From Octopus vulgaris (lineage: Eukaryota), in the NCBI GenBank assembly GCA_951406725.2, contig OX597817.1, positions 99,014,001 to 99,078,000 of the forward strand: a stretch of 64,000 nucleotides of DNA, read 5' to 3'. Each line of letters starts with the position of its first letter. The first letter of the stretch is position 1. Below are positions 53,440 through 64,000 of this stretch, in pieces. The position numbers were made by a program, and so were the translations under genes. The notes under the pieces are model-generated. The model saw only the letters and a program-made list of their open reading frames with translations, was not told the origin of the DNA and searched no databases.

Positions 53440-53480
<41 letters not shown>

Positions 53481-54200
53481 CATACATATACATATATACA
53501 CATATATTCATACACACATACATATACATACATACATATACAAATATACGCACACACATACATACATACTCATATACTCATACACGCACATACACATGTA
53601 CATGCGTACCCATACACACACACACACACGCGCGCGCATCCATATATACACATAAGTACACCCATGCGTAGAAGTATACATATATCTATGCTTACACATA
53701 CACACACACACACACGCGCCTCCTTATATTCATACTTACATGCATACAAAATAATAATAGTAAAATATATATACGCGCAGTTATTCATACATGCATACTC
53801 AAAAGATAAATAATGCGCGTGTGTGTGTGTGTGTATGGGTACGCATGTACATGTGTATGTGCGTGTATGAGTATATGAGTATGTATGTATGTGTGTGCGT
53901 ATATTTGTATATGTATGTATGTATATGTATGTGTGTGTATGAATATATGTGTATATATGTATATGTATGTATATGTATATATATATATATATATATAGAT
54001 ATATATATATGCGCGTGTGTATATATGTATGTATGTGGGTGTGTGTATGTGTATAAATGTATGTATGTATGGATGTATGGATGTATGTATGTATGTATAC
54101 GTATGTATGTGTATGTGTGTATATGTATGTATGTGTATGTGTGTATATATATGTATATGTGTGTGTATGTTGTGTGTGTGTGTATGTATATGTATGTATA

Positions 54201-54251
<51 letters not shown>

Positions 54252-55375
54252 ATTTGTATGTAGGTGTATATGTATGTGTGTGTATTTATATTTATTGGTG
54301 TATATATATAGACTAGCCTTCTAAGAGTGTAGACATGAATCTGTAGGTACGCGTACGTATGTGTATATACGTGAATGTATGTAGATGTATGTATGTATGA
54401 ATATAACGCGTGCGTGCGTGTATGTGTATGAGTGTACGAATGAGTGAGTGTACGTGCTAAAGAGTGTGCGTGAGTGAATGAGTGCTTGTTTTCCAGTAGA
54501 CAGATAAATGGACTGGCTGTCATAGCCAAGATGTTTGTGACCAAGCGGCCAAAGATAACAAAAGTAATAAACGAAGATAATAAAATTAAAATTAGGGAAT
54601 GGGTCTGTATTTGTATGTGTATATATATGTGTGTGTGTGTAGGTATGCATAGGTACACATATGTATATATATGTATATATATATATACATGTATGTATAT
54701 GTATGTGTGTGTGTGTATATGTGTGTGTATGTGTATATAGGGACTAGTGTGCTGTGTGTGCATGTGTGTGTGTGGATATGTGTGTGTATGCGTGTATGTG
54801 AGTATGTGTGTGTATGTGTATATATATTTTTCTGTGCGTATATGTATGTGTGGTCGTGTGTGTATATATACATGTGTGTATACGTGTATGCATGTGAGTG
54901 TGTGTATGTATACATATATGTGTATGTGTAGATATGTATATGTATGTGTAAGTGTATATATATGTATATATATGTGTGTGTATGTATGTGTGTATGTATA
55001 TGTATATATGTTTGTATGTGTGTGTATGTATGTATACATGTGTGCATAGGTATAAGTGAGAATCTCCTTATTTACCTAAAACTCTATTCCCCTTTTTTTA
55101 TATATAGATTTTTTTTTATTTTTTTTATTTATTTTTTTATTTTATTATTTTATTTTTTTATTTATTCTTCTATCTAATTTAACACTGACTCCTTGACCAC
55201 TCCCCCAAGTATGATATTTTGCGCTATGCCTACCCCCAAAAAGTCCCCCACCAACACCCCTTTAAACCTGCCTAAATGTATAAATGCCAATACAATTCTT
55301 GTTAACTAGCTTCCTGAAGATTTCTCTTGAATGAAACAGTTCTAGTCCTGTAGAAGCTCCTTCTATATAATAAAT
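52077..55375. repeat. Large inverted duplication (~1.55-kb arms, ~170-bp spacer) of a microsatellite-bodied element with hammerhead-bearing ends
   Basis: 52077-53640 is the reverse complement of 53813-55375, including the unique islands and the irregular CA/TA pattern. Confidence 0.9.
55308..55358 (+). ncRNA. Type-I hammerhead motif (mirror copy at 52092-52142 -)
   Basis: AGCTTC-CTGAAGA-tTTCtcttGAAt-GAAA-CAG ttctagtc CTG-TA-GAAGCT. Confidence 0.65.
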
Positions 55376-55441
55376 TAATTTTACTCTGCTATGTATTGAG
55401 TACCTTATTTACTGTGGTTAACCCCGAATCAACCCGGGACC

Positions 55442-55484
<43 letters not shown>

Positions 55485-55673
55485 GGATGAATGAATTATC
55501 CTTTGTTTACCGTTAACATGGAATATTCAATAAACAGTTACCAGGGTAGCAAAATTCAAGTAACACGGATGAAGCGACCTATTCAAAGGTAGAAACTCCG
55601 GGTTAATGTACAGTAATTTGTGTATTATAAGTAAATAAATGGAGTTGAACGAAGATGTTATTCAACTTCTTTT

Positions 55674-55757
55674 TCTTTCGACATATGTTTCGAAGACAAC
55701 ATGGTATTATTCCAAAGGAATAAACGGTGTAAAATGCAATCTTCTCATCAGGAAAGA
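55674..55757 (-). ncRNA. Canonical type-I hammerhead ribozyme in a PLE 3' repeat
   Basis: TCTTTC-CTGATGA-GAAGA...TCTTC-GAAA-CATATG-TC-GAAAGA; all core nucleotides are intact. Confidence 0.85.
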
Positions 55758-56031
55758 AAGAGAGCCTATCTCAACAACAAGACATTATAACAATTACGCT
55801 GACTGCCTAAATGATAAACAGAACGTTATTAAGTATTTAAAAAAAAAAACGTCAGTAGATTCGACGTCAAAGGCAGATACTAGGAAGAGCAGGGTTAAAG
55901 AAATAATAAGTAGAGAACAAATAAAGAGGGATACGTTAGTTGAAAAAATGTTCAAAGTCTTAGAAGCAGATTTCTCTATTGAAGTAAAGTGCAAGTTAAA
56001 CTAACTGTTCAAACTATAAAGACCGGCGAAA

Positions 56032-56476
56032 TCACTTATATGAATTAAAGGTATGTTTCCGCCAGTGTTTACATTTGTAAGATCGCTCTATAAGTGTGTT
56101 TACAAGGGGATCCTTAGAGAAGAGAATATAGAAGAGTTCGGAGTTGCAAATGTTACAAAATCCCTTGCCCTTATCGTAAGGAAGAGATACGGACAGGATG
56201 AACCAATCTAACTTAAAATCTTTACTGTTGTCTTTAAGATGCCAAACCAATTTACTTAGCCCTGTGCTATGGCGTTTTCTGCTATCCCTAAATGATGCAT
56301 AATGGTTTGAAATTCTCTTAGATAACTGGGAAGAGGATGCGCCTATGTAGAAGTAGACATCGGTACCGGAAGAAATTTTACACTGGTATATAGAATTCTT
56401 GATCTTAAAATTATTAGACATAAATTTAATTCTGTTGGGGTTGTCCTCAGAGATCAAAACCATGTTTTTATTGCTA

Positions 56477-56518
<42 letters not shown>

Positions 56519-56649
56519 TTATTATTATTATTATTCTTTCTTTCTTTCCGAGACGACGGACGTGTGTAAAGCAGCACCGTAAGTTTTGTGCCAATTTGAT
56601 TGGAAATTTCTCTAAAAGTTTTTACATTTTTCGATAATTGTGTGGCCAA
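56032..56649 (-). pseudogene. PLE GIY-YIG endonuclease 3' fragment with an (AAT)n insertion
   Basis: IYQCKI..FYIGASSSQLSKRISNH...CNICNSE...CKH. Confidence 0.85.
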
Positions 56650-57061
56650 GCCGACTAACTTCTTGCGGAGCTAGTTGGCTAGGCAAAATTTTACCCCATT
56701 GGGGGTAAAATCACTGTTTAAAATATTGACATTTGCATTTTATTTCACTTACAAATTTCCAAAATGTCGTTAAAAAGAGCAGCTGGCTCTTCCCTTCTTG
56801 CAACCCCCCCCCCCCTCCACAAGAAAATATTGATTCTCCAAACCGCCCATTTCGTGCCTTAAAAGGCAAAGAAAACTCTTCGATGAAACATGTCGTTCCA
56901 AAAAAGAATGAAAATGAAAACGAAGGCGTCACTTTTGATGTCTTCGAAGACTTCCCTCCTCTTCCCTCTGCAAGCGTCCCAGTAGGGGGGAAAAGACGGA
57001 CAAAAGCAACAAAGATGGCGTCATCTTTGACGTCAATCAGAATTTTCTTTCTCTCCATTCC

Positions 57062-57869
57062 ATGAGTGCAACAGTAGGGGAAAAAGAAGAAAAGAAAATA
57101 ACAAACAGCATCACCGACAACACCACCAGCAACAACACAACAAGCCACCATAGCAATTTTGCTTCCATCACAAAAGAAAACACAGAGCAAATTCAAGTTA
57201 CATTTGACGAAATAAAATCTGCTAAGGAGTTGTTGAGAAAAGAGGAAAACAGTGTTTTCCTCAATACACCTCAACAACTCATAAACGAAACAAAAAAAAA
57301 AGAACTGTAATTTATAACGTTTTCGATAAGAAAAACAAAAAAATAACTAATGCAACACCCCAACAATTGGAAATGGCTCTTAAACCCATATGGGCCAAAA
57401 AGAGCTATGTCACAAGAGGGAAGCGTTACGGGACGGTGGAGGTTCGCTTCCCAACGGAAGACGATGCAAGGGCGCATACCATTTCGCCCTTGCAAAATGA
57501 TAATTTCTTTCTGGTCCCATCATACCTCGGGCGGAAAGTACAAAAAATTAAAATTGATATAGTACCCCCCGAACTCAGTATATCATGGCTGGTGGCGGCT
57601 GTCCTCTATGACATAGAGGACACTGCCACTATTCTAGATGTACGAAGGGTAAGAGAGAAGAACTGGTCAGGTATGGATGTTCAACTGCTGGTACAAATCC
57701 AGCAGGAAAACATTAATGCCATACCTGACTCAGTCATTTTACCAGACGGAACCAGGCTGCACGTTACTGTGGAGGAGCGAAAGCCAAAATGTTACCTCTG
57801 TAGTAGCGAAAACCACCTTAAGAAGGACTGCCCCATTCACAAAAAAAGAATGGAGGCATACGGCAAGAG

Positions 57870-57900
<31 letters not shown>

Positions 57901-58665
57901 CAACAACAACAGAAACAACAGCACGAAACACCAAAGGCTGCCACACCACCAACACCATCACCACCACCGCGACGAACGACACCACCTCCAACAACAACCA
58001 CCAAACCAACACCAACCCCAGCACCAAGAAAAACGACAACAAAAAAACAAGGAGAAACACCAACACCGTCACCATCACCAAAAGACAGCAACAACACCGC
58101 TACCAGCAAAACCAACAAAAATCTTTCACCCTGCTGATGAAGCGGACCCGACAGCCATCCCCTTTCCGGATCAGGACAGCTCGGATTGTGCGAGCACTGA
58201 TACCGAGAAAGGGGAATGGCACACAGTGCCTCCAAAGAAGAAAAGGAGGAAAAAACAAAAGGACACACAGGGGAAGCACGAACAAATAGTGCTTCCCAAC
58301 ATCAACAACAACAACATACACTCACAACAACAAACAACAACAACACTTTCGACACCACTACTGCCACTGCCACACACACCAACACACACAGACACGATTA
58401 CAGCAATAAACACAAAAGATGAAAAACTAGTTACATATCTAAAAGACAATACAAGTACACAAATTGAAGATTTCATTATACCAACACACAACACACCACT
58501 AGCACACAATCAAAATTAATCAAAAACACATAGCGAAATAAAACAAATATTCCCTAACGATGTCGGATCGCTAGGGAAAAGTTTCTCAAAGAAACTTTAT
58601 AAAAATATTATTGAAGCACCCGTGCAAAAGCACAAGGGAGCCACCCCCACCACCAACAACAGTAA
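57062..58665 (+). pseudogene. Tx1 ORF1 (CCHC zinc knuckle, polyQ and Pro/Thr linker), frameshifted
   Basis: RGKRYGTVEVRF, WLVAAVL, KCYLCSSENHLKKDC, GEWHTVPPKKKRRK. Confidence 0.8.
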
Positions 58666-58710
58666 GTAGAGCCTTTTTCTCCTTTTATTTTTTTTTCTCA
58701 CCTTTGAAAC

Positions 58711-61700
58711 GTGGCAAAACTTAGAATCGGTTGCTTGAATATGAGAGGCCTCGGGTCACCTTGGAAACAGGGTCACCTGTTAAACGACCTGAGGTTTCAT
58801 GATGTGGATGTAGCAGCCATCAGTGAAACCAGGCTCTCCGACCCGCAGGAACTCGCAGCCCTTTTCGGCGGATACGAGATATTTCTATCTCCGTGTCGGC
58901 CGGGAGCGGGCGGTGGTGGTACTGTGGTGTTGTTTCGGAAGGGCCTGGACTTGAAAATAAGGACAGTCTTCCTGGATCCGGAAGGTAAGTTGGTGGTCCT
59001 CGACGTAGACGGTAGTGACGGCGGTGCTTTCAGACTGCTGGCTGCCTACGCTCCGACAGGAGCAGGGCAGTCGGATTATTTCAAACGTCCGGAAGTTTTC
59101 CTGGGAACGTCACGCACTCTAGTGCTAGTTGGGGATTGGAACGCTGTCTTAGACGAACGTTTCGATCGGGTGGGGCAGGGAAGCGTCTGATAGGAGAGGA
59201 GGGTGCAAGAGCCTCGCCAATCTACTCGGACGCTTTCAGCTGTCCGACAGATTTCGACTAGACAACCCGAATGTGCCAATGTGGACTTGGACCAATCGCA
59301 TCGGGTCGTCTAGATCGTACTTAGATAGAGTGTTTTGTAGGCCAGCGGATAAGGATAGCATAGGGTATCCACAATTCCACATAGTCGACTACACGGACAA
59401 CAAATTCGTGATCTGTACGGTCGACTTAGATAGGCTACGTAGACAGGGACCCGGCTACTGGAAGCTGAACGCGTCGTTAACGGCGTGCAAAGCTTACAGA
59501 GACCGGATTAGTTTACTAGTTAAGCGGGCGCTCACGGGGGCAATCATCAACAACAACTGGTGGTTTGCCCTCAAGAGAGCAATTAGAGTAGAGTCGATTA
59601 GGTTTAGTAAGACTCTAGCTATTGAACGTAGGAAGAGAGAGCGGATTTAGTTAAGAAACTAGACGAGGCTCTTGAGACTGGCATCGCGACCGACGTGTTG
59701 GCGGCAAGGTTGGCCCTCGACCAACACTTTGACGCCAAACACGAAGGCTGCGTTGTCAGAGCTAAGGCACGTTCGCTAAGCGGGGAGGGGATTAGAGCCA
59801 CTCGATGGGCCCGCGTGGCGGAGGCGAAGCGAGGCAACAAAGCAACCATTCGGTCTTTGATGGACCAGAACGGGCGCAAGGTTACCGAACCGAAGCAGAT
59901 GTGTACGGTGTTTCAGCGGCACTTTTCTCAGCTGTTTGGGGTGAGCGGTGGTACGGCCAACAACGGTACAGACTTCAGTGTGTACCTGGACGGCCTACCG
60001 CGGCTCTCGAACAACGAGGCAGAGTGCTGCGAAGGACCGATATCTGCCTGGGAAGTGGAGGAAGCGATGAAGAGTTGCACGAGAGGTAGATCGCCGGGTT
60101 TGGATGGTCTGCCCTACGAGCTTTACACTTCAATGTCAGACTTATTTGCGGGCCTGTTGGCAAATGTCTACTGCAACTGGCAGCAAAACGGGAGAATTCC
60201 TGCTTTTGTCTGTCGAGGGGTGGTGGCTTTGCTAAAAAAAGGACCCAAACAAGGGGGACGTTATAGGGAATTTTCGGCCCATCACTCTGCTCAATGCAGA
60301 GTTGAAGATTTTGGCCAAGGTGCTAGCCAAGAAATTGGCGCTTGTCGTGGACAAGCTGGTTGGCAAGACGCAGACATGCGCCGTGCCGACCAGGTCGATA
60401 CACGACAACCTCCATCTCATGCGCTACATCATAGAAAGGGTGGGTAACGACGCTGGCGCGGGTGGGGCTTTGATCAATTTAGATCAGAGTAAAGCCTTCG
60501 ATAGGGTCGACCATCGGTACCTGGCAGCTGTTCTCAAGGCAGCCGGCTTCGGTCCAGTCTTCCGAGGGTGGGTCGCTGCTTTATACAGCAACATCTGCTC
60601 GGTGATACGGGTGAACGGTCACCTTTCGGAACCGTTTGACCTCTCGCGTTCGGTCCGCCAAGGATGCCCTATCTCCTCCCTCTTGTACATTTTGACTCTC
60701 GAGCCACTACTGCGCAAGTTGGAGGCTTTGAGGGGTATCCCGCGCGATCTAGGAGGCGGAAACAGCGTGTCTGCCTATGCCGAGACGACGTCACCGTGAT
60801 GGTGTCGAGCCACAGGCACATTGGCCTGATTGGCGAGACACTAAACGAGTACGAAGCGGTGACAGGGGCAAAGATTAACGCGGAAAAGTCTGTGGGCTTG
60901 CAACTGGGCACCTGGAGAAGCAAGCCCATGCCGTCCAACAGCGTCGTAGGGCGCTGGACAGACGGACCCGTTAAACTGCTCGGGGTCTGGTTCGGTCCGG
61001 ACCTCCAGGTGGATAAAAACTGGGAAGAAGTGACGAGCAGGGTGGCACGTTTCACCCAGAAATGGGCCGAGAGGAAGCTGTCCCCGAAAGGTCGAGCGGA
61101 GGTGGCGAATGCATACATCGCATCCGTCATCTATTACCGCTTGACCGTCGTCCCTTGTCCCAACCGGTGGTTGGCCAAGCTGGTACGCCTGCTCTTCGAC
61201 TTTTTGTGGAAGGGTCAGGTGCCACAGGTCAGCGATCCATCTGCTGTCAACGACCGCTGAACGGAGGCCTTGGCATGCCGTGGTTACTGATGCGCAGACA
61301 TGCGCTCAGGCTGCGATATCTCAAGCGTTTCCTAGACGGTGATCAGGTGTGGTCGTCTTTTGTCAGACGCGACTTTCCGCAGCTCGTCTCTTTGACAGAG
61401 CTGCAGACCTGGATCAAACGTAGACCGAGAAAGGGCGCTTGGCACCTCGAGTGCCGTCAAGCTCTCTCCGCCCTCCGCCAGGCGGGCAATGCGATCGGTT
61501 TTAGTTCCACTCAAGCGTTCTATAGAGGGTTAGTGGAGGGAAAATGCGACGACGTTCTCGGGGAAACTCTTCACGTTGATGATAACGAACTGAGCGATCT
61601 GTTCGGAAGGACTTTCGGGCCGGGGCCAATGGATAATTTCCAGAGGTCGCTCGCCTGGCAGTGCTACCGAGGGGCTCTGCCTGTTCGGGATAAACTCTAC

Positions 61701-62123
61701 CGGCACGGAAGTGCCGTCAGCCGGGCCTGCCCGAGGTGTTGCCAGGACGACGAAACCGTTCTGCACGCACCGGTCCAGTGCCCGAGTATTGCTGAACTAT
61801 GGGTTTATGTCGAACAGCTACTGTCGCGTATAGGACGGATCCGGCTATCAGCCGAATCCATAGTGAAGATTGCCCCACCGACAATGTGGAAGGGTCAGGT
61901 ACACACTGTGGTGAAAGAGATTGTATGGTGGACCCGTTTGAAAGGGCTAAAGTCAGACACTTTCCTCTTTGGTCAAGGCCTCATCAACTTTTTCAAGTTT
62001 CACTTGAAAAGGAAGATGAGGTTAGAGAGGAGAGCGCTGTCCGATAGCAAGTTTTCTGAAAGGTGGGTGAATTGTGCGAGAATGGCCAGTATAAATGGAC
62101 CAATTCTCAGGTTTCGCCTGTGA
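58711..62123 (+). pseudogene. Tx1 ORF2 (APE endonuclease + RT + C-terminal Zn finger), with several frameshifts and stops
   Basis: LNMRGL, ISETR, GDWN, SYLDR, GPGYWKLN, SPGLDGLPYE, LDQSKAFDRVDH, VRQGCPIS, a frameshifted YADD, CPRC..ETVLH...C. Confidence 0.92.
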
Positions 62124-62389
62124 TTGAAAAAGGTTTTATAAAAGGAGAAAAGGGCTCTCTACCCCCTTTTTTGACCAGGCTACCGTTGGCTTTTATGGGT
62201 TTTTTCCACCAGGAACCTTTCGTAACGCCTCCCCCTTTTGGGAGATTTTCATTGTTATAATCTTTCGTTGTTGAACTGTTTTTACTCGGATTTTTTACAA
62301 ACGGACAAAACCCTTTGTAACCTTTCGTCCTGTTTTGTCCCTTTATGTTTACTAATCATGTGTGTCAGCCCTTGTGGCCAATAAAAAGA

Positions 62390-62428
<39 letters not shown>

Positions 62429-62790
62429 GTGAGGGTTGGAATTAACAAGATTAATGTTGGAACTCCCAGAAAATGGCCGACCAATTCCCGGACGTCTGTG
62501 GAGGTCTTTATCGCGATGATTGTCTGCTTTACCTCCAAAACATTTCAAATCAAAAAATACAGAAGGTTAAGAATAGATTAGTTGGGTTTTTTTACATCGT
62601 TTTTGACGATGAGTTAAATAAAGCTAATTTCTTAGACATTACTCTCAATTTACAAAATAGCTCGTACTTCCCATACCATAAACCTTCCACAAATCTTAAA
62701 TATATTAGTCCTTACAGTAATCACGCTAGGGCAATTACTAAGAATTTAGTTAAAAACATTTCACTTAGATTATCTAAATTATGCGCGTAT
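62429..62790 (+). pseudogene. PLE RT fragment
   Basis: GLYRDDCL, NFLDITLNL, PYHKP, SNH...KNISLRLSKL. Confidence 0.85.
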
Positions 62791-62805
62791 TTTCCTTTTT
62801 TAATT

Positions 62806-62888
<83 letters not shown>

Positions 62889-62974
62889 TTTGTATATGTT
62901 TAATTTTTAATTTGGGGGCAACTTTTTATTTCAATAAAGTGTATGTGATATATATATGTATGTATATATGTATG

Positions 62975-63039
<65 letters not shown>

Positions 63040-63043
<4 letters not shown>

Positions 63044-63306
63044 ATAAAACGGTAAGATAACAAAAGAAAGAAAGAGACCTCAATATTATGTAAATAGAGG
63101 AAATTTATCTATACAATATGTTACATTACTCGGTAGTCAAGATAAAACTCTGAGTTTCAGATGCCGAAGTGGAAATCCACAACACCATATCTTCGGTTAT
63201 CTGGCTATTTAGCCAGATAACCGAAGAGATGGTGTTGTGGATTTCCACTTCGGCATCTGAAACTCAGAGTTTTATCTTGACTACCAAGTAATGTAACATA
63301 TTGTAT

Positions 63307-63310
<4 letters not shown>
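63040..63310. repeat. Head-to-head palindrome of the same pLTR as 47183-50083
   Basis: Centre GGTTATCTGGCTA-tt-TAGCCAGATAACC, flanked by (TA)n. Confidence 0.88.
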
Positions 63311-63344
<34 letters not shown>

Positions 63345-63350
<6 letters not shown>

Positions 63351-64000
63351 GTATGTGCAGCTTTTTATGTTTTATGTATGTATACTCGTGCATATAGTTG
63401 CATATCTAGACATACTCATATATATTTAAATGATAAACTTCTGGAATGTTTTACAAATTTTTACAGTTCCAGTGATGGATTGGATCTGTAGTCTTCGAAT
63501 TAGCCTTCTCCTTTCTGGTTTTTAGAAGGCTAATTTCTCACGATTGGTATCTAGGCAGTGTGTTACATATCCCCGGGCCCCAATAATAACAGATAAAAAC
63601 CTGAACTTGTAATCTGGATAGAGTAACTGCAGATTTCTCAGTAGTTCAGCATAGATGTTCTCTTTTTCACTAATCTTCTGCTTTATGTTAACATCCGCTG
63701 GGCAGCTAATTTCTACGACTACGCACAGTTTCTTTTCTCTATCCCAAATCATTATATCAGATCTATTGTGCTTACATTTTATTGAGGTCTTCACTGGTAC
63801 ATTCCACCAGTATTCCTTTTTGATATGAGTGGCTATGGTTTCTACCATATTTTGGGTTCTTTGTCCTTGGGATTATCCTTCCAACAGATTTCATTATAGA
63901 GTGTCCTAGCTACAACAATATATCTCATGATGACATTTTCGAACAACTGCTTATGATGTGCGTGATATCTTCAGTGTGAACTCCACAAAGTCTGCATCAG
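63345..64000 (-). mobile_element. R4/Dong-clade LINE 3' portion (RLE domain)
   Basis: HNRSDIMIWD..VVEISCPADVN..EKENIYAEL..VIIGARG. Confidence 0.85.

Larger units (their letters stand above)
56711..62428 (+). mobile_element. Near-full-length Tx1/L1-clade LINE
   Basis: ORF1 + ORF2; the 3' UTR ends CCCTTGTGGCCAATAAAAAG followed by (ATT)n. Confidence 0.9.

Noticed and set aside
52401-55039. Longest ORFs in the window (470 aa and 489 aa, His/Thr/Tyr/Ile-rich)
   Set aside because: They are translations of CA/TA microsatellite, which rarely yields stops. They are mirror images because of the inverted duplication.

Overview
Gene-free, repeat-saturated animal DNA. It is most likely an octopod cephalopod, inferred from octopus-type tRNA-derived SINEs and dense (TA)n/(CA)n tracts. 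I found no host exon. The window holds decayed non-LTR retrotransposons (CRE, R4/Dong, two RTE families, a near-complete Tx1-type LINE), a young Penelope-like element (PLE) with an inverted upstream copy, mariner, maT and hAT remnants, Merlin-like foldback MITEs, non-autonomous Helitrons, two solo LTRs and satellites. Four observations stand out. (1) A head-to-tail array of 5'-complete Tx1-derived non-autonomous elements, three of them ORF1-only, shares 5' and 3' terminal motifs and may be self-targeting. (2) About a dozen type-I hammerhead-ribozyme motifs from several unrelated PLE termini occur, many inside fold-back palindromes in (TA)n. (3) Two different foldback MITE families both carry TTAGGG repeats in their central loop. 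(4) An RTE carries a PHD-type finger and a 3' UTR tandemly amplified about 7 times. All calls come from reading motifs by eye, with no database searches, so boundaries are approximate unless a TSD is given.
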